DNA of 62,866 nt, filler included, from Rhabdomonas costata (GCA_019059605.1; 48 parts of 48 records of this genome joined end to end with filler, not necessarily neighbours in it), one strand, 5' to 3'; counted from the first letter of the whole stretch, positions 1-13,399 are shown. The notes: generated by a model from the letters alone, not told the origin. Translations and numbers: made by a program.

Positions 1-1213
1 GTGGTGGGTGTGTTTGGTGGGGTGGTTCTAGCGAGGATGGGTCGGTGGGTGAAGGTGACGGTAACAGCATCGATGTGTCTAATTCTTGTGGGGTTGTTTG
101 TGTTTCGTGTTTGATGTTTGGGTTAATAGTGCGTCTGGTGTCATGGTTGCTGATGAGTTGACTTCTGGTGTGCTGTGGGACGATGGGGTGTTGGTTGCTG
201 GTGCTGGGTAATTCGGACTTCCTGTGTGCTCTGTTTGTCTTCTGTTGTGGCGATATGTGTGATCTTCTGGTGCTTATCGAGTGTTTTCAGTTGAAATTCA
301 TTCCTCCTATGGAGAAGTGTAAACCTGAAGAAGTCCTGCATCTAGAACATACCGTACTGCTGCCTTCAGCTAGTAGTGATCCGATAGCAACAATCTTTGT
401 ACAAAGGCTACCTGACATGTAATGACGGAAGTACATGGATGAACGGTGACGCAATCACTCACCTTTACTCACTGAAACGCGTTGTGTCTATGTCTAATCA
501 GCATCTATGAGTGAGATTGATGAGTTTGATTACAACACTATTAGAGAAAGTGTACACTGTCACAACTTATGCACGCAAATACAACTATGTCGACACCTCA
601 CACAGCAGGCATCACAGGTGGCGTGGGAGTGGAAGTCGTGCGCCATGACCACCATACTACATAACCTACACGTATGATGTATCATGACAGAAACACCATA
701 GCGTGTGTGGAGATAGCGTTGTCTGTTGTGCAAAAAAATGATGTTACGGTGAGGCCCAAACTCCCAAGTACTGATTTGAGGCAGCAGGTTAAAAGTGAAT
801 GTGAATGAACACTCACACCTATTGCTCGTACACCGTATCGTAGGAAGAGTTGTTGATGTCAAGTGCAACTGGTAAAACCACCCAGATATGGAGTTTCGTT
901 GACTCACCTACCATGGCGATAACTCTCACCCTACGAGGCACTTTGACGCTGCTCATTTGGTAACATCATGAACAAGTGGATTAACTGCCGTAGTGGATGT
1001 CGCCGAGACCAAAATTACCGGTTAGAAACAACACCATTAACACCAGAGGTACTGTGAAAGATACGATGCCTAAGGTGACTCAGTGTGATGGCAACCCTGT
1101 GGGTATGATCACTACCCATCCTGCTACCACCACTAAAAGTGAGTAATACGCTCTCTGTGTGTAGGAGTAGAGAGTGAAGGTAGAACGGTTTCGAGGCAGA
1201 GACAACCACAACC

Positions 1214-1313
1214 NNNNNNNNNNNNNNNNNNNNNNNNNNNNNNNNNNNNNNNNNNNNTTAATTAATTAANNNNNNNNNNNNNNNNNNNNNNNNNNNNNNN
1301 NNNNNNNNNNNNN
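1214..1313. other. Artificial contig spacer (44 N + TTAATTAATTAA + 44 N), first of 47 identical spacers recurring about every 1.31 kb
   Basis: Identical 100-nt block with stops in all six frames recurs throughout; flanking contigs are unrelated and near-equal in length (about 1203-1228 bp). Confidence 0.99.
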
Positions 1314-1516
1314 TTGTTGTTTGAGCGTCGTTGATAAGATTGGAGCCATTCTCCGCACTAAAAAGTGTGTGCCTGCTTTTTAAAGCTCGCTTTGGGTCGT
1401 CCCACTCCCGCCCTTAATCACTGCGAACTTGTTGAAAATGAATTATCGGTAACAGAAACGGGCAAGTTGAGGGATTATCCAAGGCGGTCTCTGCTGTGCC
1501 TCTGCTCCTTGGCTCG

Positions 1517-1790
1517 GAGGGTGCCGTGGTGTTGCAGGGCAAGATGCTGGAGCTGTCTGTGCAGCAGCTCGTGGACTGCGTCAACAACACTCGGCGGTGC
1601 GGGAATGATGGGATAGGCCAGGGCTGTGCTGGAGGCACCCCGGAGCTGGCGTACGAGTACCTCAAGGCCCGAGGCGGGCACGCCAGCCAATGGACCTACC
1701 CTTACACCTCGTTCTACAACCCTCTTCCGTATTGCTATGAGAAGGAGTTTTGCACCACCATCTGCAAGAAGGGGTGCGTCCCGTGCCCAG
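1517..1790 (+). CDS. Papain-family (C1A) cysteine protease, internal exon
   Basis: EGAVVLQGKMLELSVQQLVDC...GCAGGTPELAYEYL...TYPY matches the C1A motifs LSxQQLVDC, GCxGG and YPY; GT donor at 1791. The 5' boundary is approximate. Confidence 0.9.
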
Positions 1791-4700
1791 GTAATGGCAT
1801 CTATGAGGCTCTTGTCCTTTGTCGTTGGAGTCAAAACCTCTCCAGTGGGGGGAGGGGAACACGCGGAACTCGCGACAAAACAAGGGCAGTAGGAGGTGCG
1901 GCTCGAAATCGCTGCCAAAGCCACACCTTCAGGAGCCCGGTGCGACGTGGCACCAAAGGGTTGTAACCATGAGCTTTTCAAGGGCGCAAGGCACAAGGAA
2001 AATTGCAACAAAAAAAATCGAAAAAAAATTGGCGATGGTTTGGGATGGGACCCCCAAGTTTCGAAGAGGATCCCCCTCCCTTCAGAAAGAGCAAGAAAGA
2101 GCAAGAAGCAGAAACACCAGCCACACCGCAGCCAATCAAATCCCTAAATCTTTCTCCTGTAGGATCCTGGAAAAACTACAGGGGACACGTGCATCGCCTC
2201 TTAACCCCCCTGCAAACTATCTGTTGGAATCCCAGACCTCCCTCATAGAAAAACAAGAGCAGCTGTGAAAGAATCTCGGGAGCTTGGGGGAATCTCTTGC
2301 GAAATCTGGGCCAAAACGTTATAAAACCTATTATCTCTCTATATAATGCCTCTCTAACGGCTGAAGGCTTGTGGCCTGTTCTGCCTTGTTTGATGGAGAT
2401 TATTTCTTGCTGGACGGAAGAGTTGGACAAGTTCGTGGCACGGCCGCAGCAGGCAGTGTTCCCTGGGATGCAGATTGTTACGGCATTAAGTTGTTCAACG
2501 CCCAACCACCACCCACNNNNNNNNNNNNNNNNNNNNNNNNNNNNNNNNNNNNNNNNNNNNTTAATTAATTAANNNNNNNNNNNNNNNNNNNNNNNNNNNN
2601 NNNNNNNNNNNNNNNNGTGTTGTGGTGCCGCTTTTGCCTTTACACAGGCTTGGAAGGACCTTTTGTTTTTGCAATGGCTTTATATCGGGCTTGGGCTCTG
2701 ATAAGAGAAAGAACTGAAGGCTGGCACACCGTCCGCCCACCTGCACGCCGGTGTGCCACCAACAATTTATATACCGTTTACTTGGCAAACTTTTGTTTCG
2801 CCACAGAAGACAGGAAAACACTCGTCTCATAACCAGAGGCCCCGGGGAGCCGGGTTATGGAACAGCACAGTTTTGGTGCTGTGGCGGCGAATATAGTCCG
2901 CAAAAACATGTCTGTGGGGTGGGGTGGGAGAGGGTTCCGGAACACAAAGGAAAAGTTTGTACTGTGATCTGTGAAGAGGTCAATCTGGTATATCGTTCCT
3001 GATCACAAAACCACATAAGGTAGCGCTCCCGCTTCAGCCGCGCGCTCCTACGCGGCCACGGCGGCTGGTCTCCAACCCTAACGTCTACCAGCTCGTTTAT
3101 CAGAGCCCATTAGTCCAGCCAGTCGTCATAGTCTACCAGAAATTAACCCCAGGAAGGCTACAGCTAGACCAGCATCCAGGTTTCCTGCCTCACCCGGTAC
3201 CACCTTCAAACCGTTTGACCCCCTCTCCCAAATGCACCGCGCAAAACTACCACCCCGCTTAGTTCTTGCGGTGGTTGCGGATCGAGCCTAATGCCTAATG
3301 CGAGCTTTTCACACCAGAACCGAAAAGGAAAACAAAGGAACTCCATTGGTGAAAACAGATATTTAGAAAAAGCAAGGCAGCAACAAATACGCGCTTTTTA
3401 AGTGTGCAAGGCGTGCGCACCGTCAGGAATACCGCCTTGGCAGCCTGCCAACCTCCAGGGGGGGGGGTAATATGAGAAAGGTCACAAGCCCACGCACCTT
3501 CACACTCTTGTGAAGCAGCTTCTCGTAGAACCCGGTAGCAGGGCCTCACTCGCTTTTCGACGGGAGTGAACACCACATTGACCTAAGCACGCCCGTGAGT
3601 GGGCGAGCATGAAAGGGGGATGAGCAGTGCTGGTTGCATGGTTGGTGATGAGACGGATTCAAGCGCACCATACACGGCTGACATTGAGCCCGCCAGGCAT
3701 TCACACTGGCTAAAACAACGCTTACACACACTCTCATTCACACGCACACTAACATATGCAAACAGAAGACTCAGGGACAGTCTTCACTACTTTGGACCAT
3801 TGAGGGGCGCCTGCCACGTCCACCCCATNNNNNNNNNNNNNNNNNNNNNNNNNNNNNNNNNNNNNNNNNNNNTTAATTAATTAANNNNNNNNNNNNNNNN
3901 NNNNNNNNNNNNNNNNNNNNNNNNNNNNCGAAGTGCAGAGAACTGGTGTGATGTTAAGATCGTTAAGTTTTCACATCGCATGGAGGTACGTAATGCTAAG
4001 TCGCTGACGCGCTCGTTTCATAATCGGATACGGCACTTTGCAACCGAATCAGAATCAGAGAGGTTCCACCACAAAGGGTTACCCGTGAGACGACCGTGAA
4101 ACTCTGAGTTATTCCAAAGACGGTGGCTGTCGTCATTGCCACACCCATGACACCATTACCACCAGATCGCCAACAGGATCGCAAACAACGAAGCATGGAG
4201 TGATAAAGAAGAGGGAAAGGACATCACTGGCCTGCTTGCGGTGCAGCTTGCGGGCCACAGAGACAAAGCAGGGACGGCCTGGATCCATTGGGCACGGCCG
4301 TCCGCTGGCTGAACGAAAAACGAAAGGCAGGCTAAAATCCGTCACCACATTGTAACATTCCAGCCCAACCCAAAAAAAATTTGAAACTCACTCACAAGTT
4401 TCGCCCGCTCGGTGGAGTGGGGGTGCATTCGAGCAAATCAAAATAAAACGCAAGGATCCCGCGGTCGTTCGTTAGCTGCACCCAGGGGGGTGGGTCCGCA
4501 TCACAGGAAAGTGTCCCTTCCACCGCTTATGCATTGACTGCGCTGTGGGAACAGCTCCGGGTCTCATCACTGGGGAGCGGAGTGGCTATATTTTCCGAAA
4601 ACACCTCGAGAATGAAAAGTCAGAGCAAGAGAGAAGTCTGATGCATCGCCCTAATAGCCCCACATCATGAGCAGGAAAGCACAGGGTCGGTGGTAGGGGG

Positions 4701-5262
4701 TAATGCCGTGAGGGGGAGAAGCGACCTGTGTTGCGGGAGCCAGCCTCCCCGATCGAGATGGCCGTCTCGGTGTTCCCACCGCATATGCGCCAACACCTGA
4801 AAACAGAAAGCAGGCGAATAAAAGCAAAGGCTGAAATCAAGGGGTCCGAGAAGGGGCAAACAGCGTCGGGGGTCCGCAAAGAACCCGCCCATGTGCTCGC
4901 TTTGCAGTCCATAGCCTCACAACACAGAGGTAAGTTCCCAGCAACATCCCCGTTTCGGCCCTGCTGGTTTCCGCCCCATTACCTAAGGTGTCCAAAACCG
5001 TCCAGCAACCATTTCACTCTACAGAGCACAACCAGTCCCCCAATAATAAGGAAATAGACAATAGCAGCACCAATGTAGCTTACACTTTTGAAGCTTTCGA
5101 ATTCCACCACCTCGAACATTTTTCTATTTCCCACAAAACCNNNNNNNNNNNNNNNNNNNNNNNNNNNNNNNNNNNNNNNNNNNNTTAATTAATTAANNNN
5201 NNNNNNNNNNNNNNNNNNNNNNNNNNNNNNNNNNNNNNNNGGGGTGTGGGGTGCTCGGGTGG

Positions 5263-5896
5263 ACCACACCCGCACCGTGCAGTCGTCCGAAGCAGTGAAT
5301 AGAAGGGAGGAGGTTGGGGGGCCGAAGGCAAGGGAGTTGATGCACTTGCCAAAGTGGCTGAACCTACAGCGTGTGTGCGTGTGTGTATGTGTGAAAAATA
5401 TGCGAGCTTTATGAGTCCTTGTGGTGGTCGTACTGCCCGTGGGTAAATGGATGGAAAGAAAGGTGACGGGATGAAGTTCCAGTGTGATTGACTGTGGATA
5501 TATCTGTCGCACCTCGCAGACCTGCAAAGTATGCACCAAAAGCGGTTGTGATGGTCTATTTCAAATCCCTGGGCAGCAGCGCTGGACGCGGGATTGCTCC
5601 ACCAATTCAAGAGATCGAGATGTGTAAGTGAGAGTGAAAGTGGAAAAATCTGAGCTGAGCAACTGACTCATGCATTACTGGAGTGACTGGCGTTTGACGC
5701 TGGCGGAGTGGAGAGAGAGGGCGCGATGTGCAGATGCGTTGGGTTGCACAGGGGGCCCATACGTCGCAGCGCGGCTGCCATCGGAGAGGTTCCACACGAT
5801 CGCTACCCCGTCAGTCCCGGACGAGGCTACCACACCGCCCTGCGGCCCAAACGCGCAGTCTGTGACCGGCCCACGGTGGCCCTCGCATAGCAGCAA
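5263..5896 (-). CDS. WD40-repeat protein, two exons (5896-5763 and 5363-~5263)
   Basis: GT-AG intron 5762-5364 joins in phase (AC|G) to give EGHRGPVTDCAFGPQGGVVASSGTDGVAIVWN...AATFSHFGKCINSLAF...LFTASDDCTVRVW, two WD repeats. Confidence 0.88.
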
Positions 5897-8522
5897 CTGC
5901 GCGAGACGGAAAAATTAAAGGAAGAATACAATCCGCCGAAAACAGCGTTAAATTTGATCACTTTAGACAACAAAGCCGAAGCAGGTCCGGGGTCTTTTTA
6001 ATGTACAGTGGGTCTCCCGAAAAAAAAAACGTTTAAGATCAAGAAACCAGACGTTGCGTCGGCTTTCTTACGATACCACTCTTTCTATTCTAGGAGCAGG
6101 AAGCAAAAGGGCAGAAGGCAGAAAGCAAACAATCAGCGAATCCTTCAAAATACCAAAATACGAAATGATGTGCTGTAAATCAATCACTGCCGCCCGAGCA
6201 GACGGCATCAGAACCATCAGCAGGGAACCGTCATGAAGGGCTTTGCAATTTCACATGAAAATACTGCAGCATACAATGGGAAAACACCCTGCAGGCTGCT
6301 CAAGAGGGTTAGTCATTTCTTCTCCTACTCCTCACGGGCTTGAAAAATATGCCTGCCGGCCCGTCGCCCGCTCGAACACCCGCAGTGCCCAGTCCGCGCC
6401 GCCGCAGGCCAGAAGCAGCGAAGAGGACCCTCCGCCCCGCGCAGATGGCAAANNNNNNNNNNNNNNNNNNNNNNNNNNNNNNNNNNNNNNNNNNNNTTAA
6501 TTAATTAANNNNNNNNNNNNNNNNNNNNNNNNNNNNNNNNNNNNNNNNNNNNGTGGGTTGTGGAAGGGCTGATGAGCTGGTTCTTCTGCCTCGCGTAAAC
6601 GTTACCGCTGGGACTGATCTCTTTTTTTATCTTTGGTTTTGACTGATCCGCTGTTTCGCTCGAATGTGGACCCCAGACGTGTTCTTTGGGGCCCTGAGCT
6701 CATTGCCTTGTTTGTTTGATTTCGTGAATTTAATCCTGTAGGGCTGATTCTACTGCCCGAACAGGCGGGCATCTCTCGGTGTGTCGATATGCCTTAACAT
6801 GGGCCCTGGTGATGACTTCAATTCGCGGTTCCACCTTAATCCGAGGTCCGATGGTAGAACCACCGCGTTAAGGAGTTGTACTACGGGCCACCCTAAGTCG
6901 GTAAATCTCTGACTTGGGGGACAATGGAGCACACACCCTGGGATATATGCGCGGTAGTGTGGGCATGGAGCGTCCTTCCTTGCTTATTGCAAGCCAAGGG
7001 CGTTTGTCTCATTGTCTGCGTGGCTTCGCCCGCGCTGACGCGCACTCTTTTTAAACAACAAAACCTAGATAAAGCCTTGGTTTTCACGTGCTAAACTCGG
7101 TGGTAAACGATACAATTGCGTTCGTCGCCGAGAACGCTCTACTCCTCAAATTGCAGAACTTTTTTCAAGCGGGACGGGTGCCTTTCCTGCTTGCGCTGTA
7201 TTATTATTGACCATGGTATTGTGCGAGGGATGAGCTGACAGTTGTCTTTCTCCATCACTCTTACTGTGACACTTGGGAGGGTGTGGAATCCTCGAGCTGG
7301 GATCGCGCTGCTCTGTTGGGGGTTGTCTGGCGGTGGTCGGTGGACGCTGGGCCTGCCCCGTCGCGCCGGACTGACCACGGCGCCCGGGCGGCCGGAGTAC
7401 TCCGAGGCCCACCTGGCGGTGTACCTTCAGGTGCAAGTCAGCGACTGCTTCGCACGTTCTGTTTATTTAGATAGGAGAACGGTGAAGCCGTTGTGGCGCA
7501 GGTGCTGTGCGAAAGTCTGTTTGGATTGCAATATTTATGGAATCATCCGCTGGAAAACCTTCCCGATGAAGCGTTGGAAACGGTCCTATGCGGTTTTCGA
7601 AGAGGGGTTTCGCAGGTTGTATGCGGTCTTCCCCGTCGTCCCCGTGGTTCTCCATAGGTGCTGGCGCGGCTATGCTGTGCTGTGGCGCCATTTTCCTCCA
7701 CGCGCAATCGTATATGCTCTTGTCGTCAGACGCGTTCTGCTTCTCGAACCCCCCCCAACACCCCCNNNNNNNNNNNNNNNNNNNNNNNNNNNNNNNNNNN
7801 NNNNNNNNNTTAATTAATTAANNNNNNNNNNNNNNNNNNNNNNNNNNNNNNNNNNNNNNNNNNNNGGGGTGTGTGCCGATCCGATTCAAGGCAGAGAATC
7901 TCGACAAATGGAGAGAAACAGCAGACACGGTCGACTTCATCACAATGTACCCCAAGTTCGACCTAGAGCATCTACGAAAGAGAGTTGCCGAAGCGAAGTT
8001 GAGGAAGCCTGACAATATGAAGAACAAGGGGGTGAGGCCCGATGGGCCCATATGCCCCATTGAGGGTGGGGAGCCCGGGAGGGAAGCGAAACGCGAGTCC
8101 TCCCCACAAAAAGTCGTCCCGGCCAAGTGCACAAAGTGTGTGTGTGTGTGTGTGTGTGCATGTTTTTGCGTGTATGTTTGATTATGTATGTATTTGGTGT
8201 TTGACCCTTCCCAGAAGCCATCCAAGGTTTCGCCACGAACCGAGACTCCGGCCATATAAGCGCGCCGAGGCAACTGATGTCCCCAACCAGGCACCTGCTG
8301 GCCCCCATGTCCCCAGGAGAAGTCCTGCTTGGGGTTAGGACTTCCCCTTGCCTTCCCATCACCCATCTTCCCTGAGCGAGACCGGCATGGAACGCCGTGA
8401 ATAGGGCTTCGAACCGACTTTTTGTGACAAACTCGCACCACGATCCACTTTGTGCACCGAACTCGGTGTGTCCTCACACCCTCCACAGGTGTCCGAAAAC
8501 GTGCGCGCGCTTTCCTCCTCAG

Positions 8523-8640
8523 GGGATCTCCCGCAGCAGCTCCATGGTGATCGCCTACCTCATCCAACGCATGGGGCACACCTACGACAGCGCTCTGGAG
8601 CTGGTCCGCAGCAAGCGGCCCATGGTCAATCCCAACCCAG
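8523..8640 (+). CDS. Dual-specificity protein phosphatase, exon after the catalytic Cys
   Basis: cctcag|GISRSSSMVIAYLIQRMGHTYDSALELVRSKRPMVNPNP|gt matches the DSP motifs GxSRS, AYL and R..I.PN.G. Confidence 0.92.
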
Positions 8641-9200
8641 GTCCCGCCCTCTGTGGCCCTCTGTGTCCTGTCAAGTTATGTATGCGCGGTCAATGAAAAG
8701 CCCCTGCTCTCAACAGGTCGCCAGCTTAGCCGCCACAAAGGCAAGAAAGAAGAGAGAAGGAAGAATTCCGGAGGTCGTGGCCTCACTTTTGCACTTTGTT
8801 TCAACCATTACCAACCTCACTCGTTGGCGCTTGCTGCGCGTACACAGGTACACACACGACGGAAAATCAAAACAAAAAGGACAAGCGTCGTCAGGTGCAC
8901 AGCCTGCAAGGAATGCAGGCGCGGTTCCTGTCCGTCCTGACTAGAACATATATAAGAGACAGAGTGCACAGCTCTGGACACGCTGTCAGGTGGATAAACC
9001 CCATACACCCCGTTCTGAACCCTGTTGTCCAACCCACAACAACACCGAGTCACACAAAACCCAACCACACCCACCACNNNNNNNNNNNNNNNNNNNNNNN
9101 NNNNNNNNNNNNNNNNNNNNNTTAATTAATTAANNNNNNNNNNNNNNNNNNNNNNNNNNNNNNNNNNNNNNNNNNNNGGGGTTTGGCAACCTGAGCCCCG

Positions 9201-10383
9201 GGCCACGGCCTGCGACATCGCCATTGCCTCCTCGGGGCTCAGGTTGCCAAACGCCAAGCACTCCACTCGCGACACGGGGTAAACCGTGTCCCGCGCAAAG
9301 CTCTGCAACTGGGCCACCGTGAGGGGCTGTACAGCTGCGGCGCGGAGCTCCTTTCGGGTGTACGTCGGAGTGCGGGTAAGCTGCTTGGTATAGTAGTCCG
9401 GGAGCTCCGTGGCAGGGCTGGCAGAGTCCTGCGAAATCCCGTGACCCAGACAGCGGATGTCTTCGGGCCCCGTCTGCAATACTTAGACAGCACAGTGGAC
9501 ACACGCGCGGATCTGGGAAATGCGACCCTGCCATCTTGGTGGTCGGCCTGTTCCGTGTCAGCTTCTGTTTCTGCTGTTGTTCCCGAAGTCGGAAGTCGGA
9601 TGTTTTCTTCGCTGAAGCTGTATACGTGGAGGAAACCTTTTCAAATAGTTTCCATTCCGCCCGAAAAAAGTCCATTGAAAATTGCATAATCTCAGACACT
9701 GAAAATGAACCATTTCACGAAACATTACCAACTCCTCTTTCACTTTTAAGGCCCCATCACCAGTGGTTTGCAACACTCAAGCTGCAAAGCAAGAATACAA
9801 CTTTTTCGGGTATGACAAACATTTTCGAGTGACCGAAAAATACCTTACAATCTTTTACAAGCCTCTTCAGACGTTTCATCCCTTTTTTACCCTTTCAGAA
9901 AAAGGTAGCCCCCATCGCGAGGATGTCTACCCGCTGCTCCGCCGGGATGTTACGCAAATCTAGGATGTACGAACTCAATACTTTTTACCAGCAAAGGCGC
10001 AAAAACATTCTGAATGGGCCCAGATGAGTGGGGGGTTAGGAAGCGAGGCACGAGATACTTGATCTCCAAGGGGGTTGGCTATGTTCCCTAGAAAAGGTTC
10101 ACTGCTGAAGGTATGCCATTGTTTCAAACAAAAAAGAACATCTTGCATTAGTGCACCAAAACGGAGACGGAACACACACCGAGTTGTTCAGCCCCCTGCG
10201 GTATGTGTCCACCAGAACGCTCAGCCTAGCCGCCGTGAGCGACGGCACCGGCACCCCGCCAGACGTGCCCCCGGTCACCGTCTCCAGCACTGTCGCCAGC
10301 AGCTCCTGCAGTGTGTCGGAGTAGCCCGACACGGACATCTCAAACCCCGTGGAGGTGGTGGAGAAGTCATAGTCCAACCCCAC
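9201..10383 (-). CDS. Insulysin/pitrilysin family (M16A) metallopeptidase, two exons (~10383-10180 and 9428-~9201)
   Basis: GLDYDF...GFEMSVSGYSDTL...YRRGLNNS|DSASP...YYTKQL...ECLAFGNLSPEEA resembles the IDE middle domain; GT-AG intron 10179-9429, phase 0. Confidence 0.85.
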
Positions 10384-10609
10384 AACACCNNNNNNNNNNN
10401 NNNNNNNNNNNNNNNNNNNNNNNNNNNNNNNNNTTAATTAATTAANNNNNNNNNNNNNNNNNNNNNNNNNNNNNNNNNNNNNNNNNNNNGGGGGTGTGTG
10501 GGGCCTGCCTGACGCCAATCGATTGTCTCAGGAGCGGTGACTTTGGCGGCGTTTTTCTTCGCTGGGGGTGCGCGAAGATGAAGGCGTAGGGTTGGTTGGG
10601 GCCACTCGC

Positions 10610-11214
10610 CTGGATCTTGCGTTGCTGGGATTCCAGCTGGGCCTTCAGGGCCTGGATGTCCTGCTTCAGGGACTCCACCTGCTTCTCCGTCTTCTTCTGC
10701 GCGCAGTTCTCCTCCAGCAGGGCCTTCTCCTTGATCGAGATCTCCTCCTTGAGCTGGTCGATCTGGTGGTTCATGATCTGTGTGAAATCGGAGAAAGGGC
10801 CGCGAAACCCTAAATTCGAATCATCAGGGTGGTGTGTGTGCCCAGTATGCAGAAGGCAGAATTCCATGGATTCCTGACAATATAAGAACGGTTAGTAAAG
10901 CAGGATTTGCAAAAGAAAGCAAAAGTCAATTTGCGATTTAAAACGAGGAATAACCCAGTTGCTAACGCTTTCAAAGCACCACCAAAAATTTCTTTCCATC
11001 GCCTTTCTTCCCGGAGGTGCACAGAACTTTCACTTCACACCTTGAACTTTCGCTTCATCTCATTGATCTCGTCGCGGGCCTCGATGAGATTCTTGGAGTA
11101 CAGGTTGCGGTCAGAGCGCACGGCCTCGTAGAGGGTCTGCTGCTGCTTCAGCTTTGCCTCGCTCTCTGTGATCTGCTTCTGCAGGTCCGTGATTGTCATG
11201 GAGCGGATCTTCAC
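10610..11214 (-). CDS. CFAP58: Cilia- and flagella-associated protein 58, two exons (11214-11041 and 10777-10610)
   Basis: KLKQQQTLYEAVRSDRNLYSKNLIEARDEINEMKRKFK|IMNHQIDQLKEEI is the conserved CFAP58/CCDC147 segment; second exon ends at a GC donor (CAG|GCGAGT). Confidence 0.92.
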
Positions 11215-11841
11215 CTGAGGAAAGGACATGAGTGGCGAGAGTGGCGCGGCAAGAACATGTGGGCTTGCGTGATGTTCTGATAAAAGAAGGGCATGCAATC
11301 AGTGGTTCAAAGCAATGCTCACAGGTTGGGGTGAAAACAAACCTAGAAACTGACACACTGCATGCAAGCAAACATGGGGACAGCGGGCATTGGCGACTTG
11401 ACTGTCGAATTTAGGGAGAGATTGTGGAGATCCAATGATGAAAGCTGATGGTGATGTGTTGCTTCCACTGGGTCACTGGCTGTACTCGAACTCACACATC
11501 GACAAGGGAACGCTTTCTATCCTCCGTACTCTGGTCTCATGTGGAAGCGCACTTGCATCGGTGCATATCGCACCTCCTTACCAGCGTTCACACCCTTTTC
11601 CCTGCTTTTCTTTCACTCACTTGTCCTCCTGGTAGGCTACGACTAATATGGTTGCAGCCACCCATCAACCCCCACACGCCGTTCCACAGTTCAGCACATA
11701 GNNNNNNNNNNNNNNNNNNNNNNNNNNNNNNNNNNNNNNNNNNNNTTAATTAATTAANNNNNNNNNNNNNNNNNNNNNNNNNNNNNNNNNNNNNNNNNNN
11801 NTGTGTGGTTGGTCAAGTCACGATGCACAACGCACATATAC

Positions 11842-12047
11842 CTGAATTTGCTTCTGCTCTTCCAGCTCTTTGACCGACTCTACCTGGGACACAAACCAAT
11901 GGCTCAACACACACGGGAAGTATAAAAGAAAGCCAACCACAACTGGCACCAGCAAAGCTCAAAAGAGCGGCTGTATCAAGGTACCGTTGAGCTCAAGCTG
12001 TCCTGGTTCTTCTTCAGCTCGAGAACATTGGTAGTAATCGAATTCAG
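11842..12047 (-). CDS. Two short coiled-coil exons of an unknown protein (12047-11985 and 11883-11842)
   Basis: AG/GT-bounded phase-0 exons LNSITTNVLELKKNQDSLSST and VESVKELEEQKQIQ, separated by a 101-nt intron. Confidence 0.55.
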
Positions 12048-13399
12048 CTGACAAGAAATCCACCACGCACCCAGTACACCAACGAGAGTAACCAATAAAG
12101 CAATACCGAAGCAAAGAGGCAATGAACCATTGCGACAGAGAACGAACAAACAACCGCTATCAAGGGTTCGTTGAGAGGGATTTGTCATTTATAAAGATGC
12201 AAATAAGCATACAAATAATGGCATAAGATTCAATTCAGCACTTTCAGAAATGCCAGAAAAGGAGGAACACACGCACATGCGCAAACCTCCGAAATGGTTT
12301 GGTTTCCCTTCTCCATGAGTTCCAAAAAGGAACTGGCCACAGTCTTTACCCAAAGAGAAACAACGAGACACAGTGATAACCTACACTACAAAGGGGACAG
12401 GAGTGGAAGCTAACGAACACTTCACCTCAAGGCAAAATGAAAACGGAGCATTACGAGAGCTGCAGAAACGGCAGGATCCATATACAGGCAGTGACTTGTG
12501 CGACATTTTCATGTCCGGAGATTCGCAATCGGTAATTTGTGAGTATATGCCATTCTTTTTGGATTACCAGTAAGCTTTTCGGCAACTCACTCCAACAGCC
12601 TGCTTAAAATAAATCTCTATAGATCACACGTTTGAATTAGAACACCCATTCACTTTTGCGATGGACGATTCCCCTGGAATCACAATGGCACGTTTGTTCC
12701 ACGATTTCTTGGGCCACGGAGCGCAGCGGAGAGAAAACTCCAAGGACCGGCGACACGGCGTTTCGGGAGCCCTGCCGTATAGAGTGAAGACCCCACACCA
12801 TTTTCGGATTTGCTCCTCCACGGAAATCATAATGCTTTTTGAACACCCAAAAGAAAAGCAAACTGAAACAACAACTTGAAAAGATCAGGAAAGAAAAACA
12901 CTGTGGCGGGTGCCTTTAATTCAGCATAATAGCAGTGGGTGGGAAAAAAAACTTGATTCGCGCACGGCAAACACCAAGCAACGTTAGTCGTAGAACATTA
13001 ACCCCCCCCACACNNNNNNNNNNNNNNNNNNNNNNNNNNNNNNNNNNNNNNNNNNNNTTAATTAATTAANNNNNNNNNNNNNNNNNNNNNNNNNNNNNNN
13101 NNNNNNNNNNNNNGGTGGGGGGGGGTTATAATCATAAGCCGTGTCATAGTCCATTGGAACGCCACGAGTGCCTCCACACAGCGCACACGCACGCTCTCCT
13201 CCTGTGCTGCATTTCCTGTGTGTACTCTGTGCGTGCTGTTAATTTAGTACATCATCCGATATTCCATGTCCACCCATGCACGTTGTACCAACAACGTGGA
13301 GAGGGCGGGCGGAGCAAAGGGGTGAGCTTTACGGGGTACCCCAAGAACAAAAGAGATATTCACCATCACCCGGCGATGGAGTTCAGAGCAGAATATGAG

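Noticed and set aside
1-25. G/T-only 5' ends and C/A-only 3' ends on most contigs, resembling telomeres
   Set aside because: There is no fixed repeat unit. They resemble degenerate G/T whole-genome-amplification primers or adaptors (for example GGGTGTGTTTGG), so they are probably a library artefact.
3050-3220. Multiple in-frame TAA/TAG suggesting stop-codon reassignment
   Set aside because: Conserved host exons have no internal stops, and genes end in TAA, TAG or TGA normally; decay explains it better.
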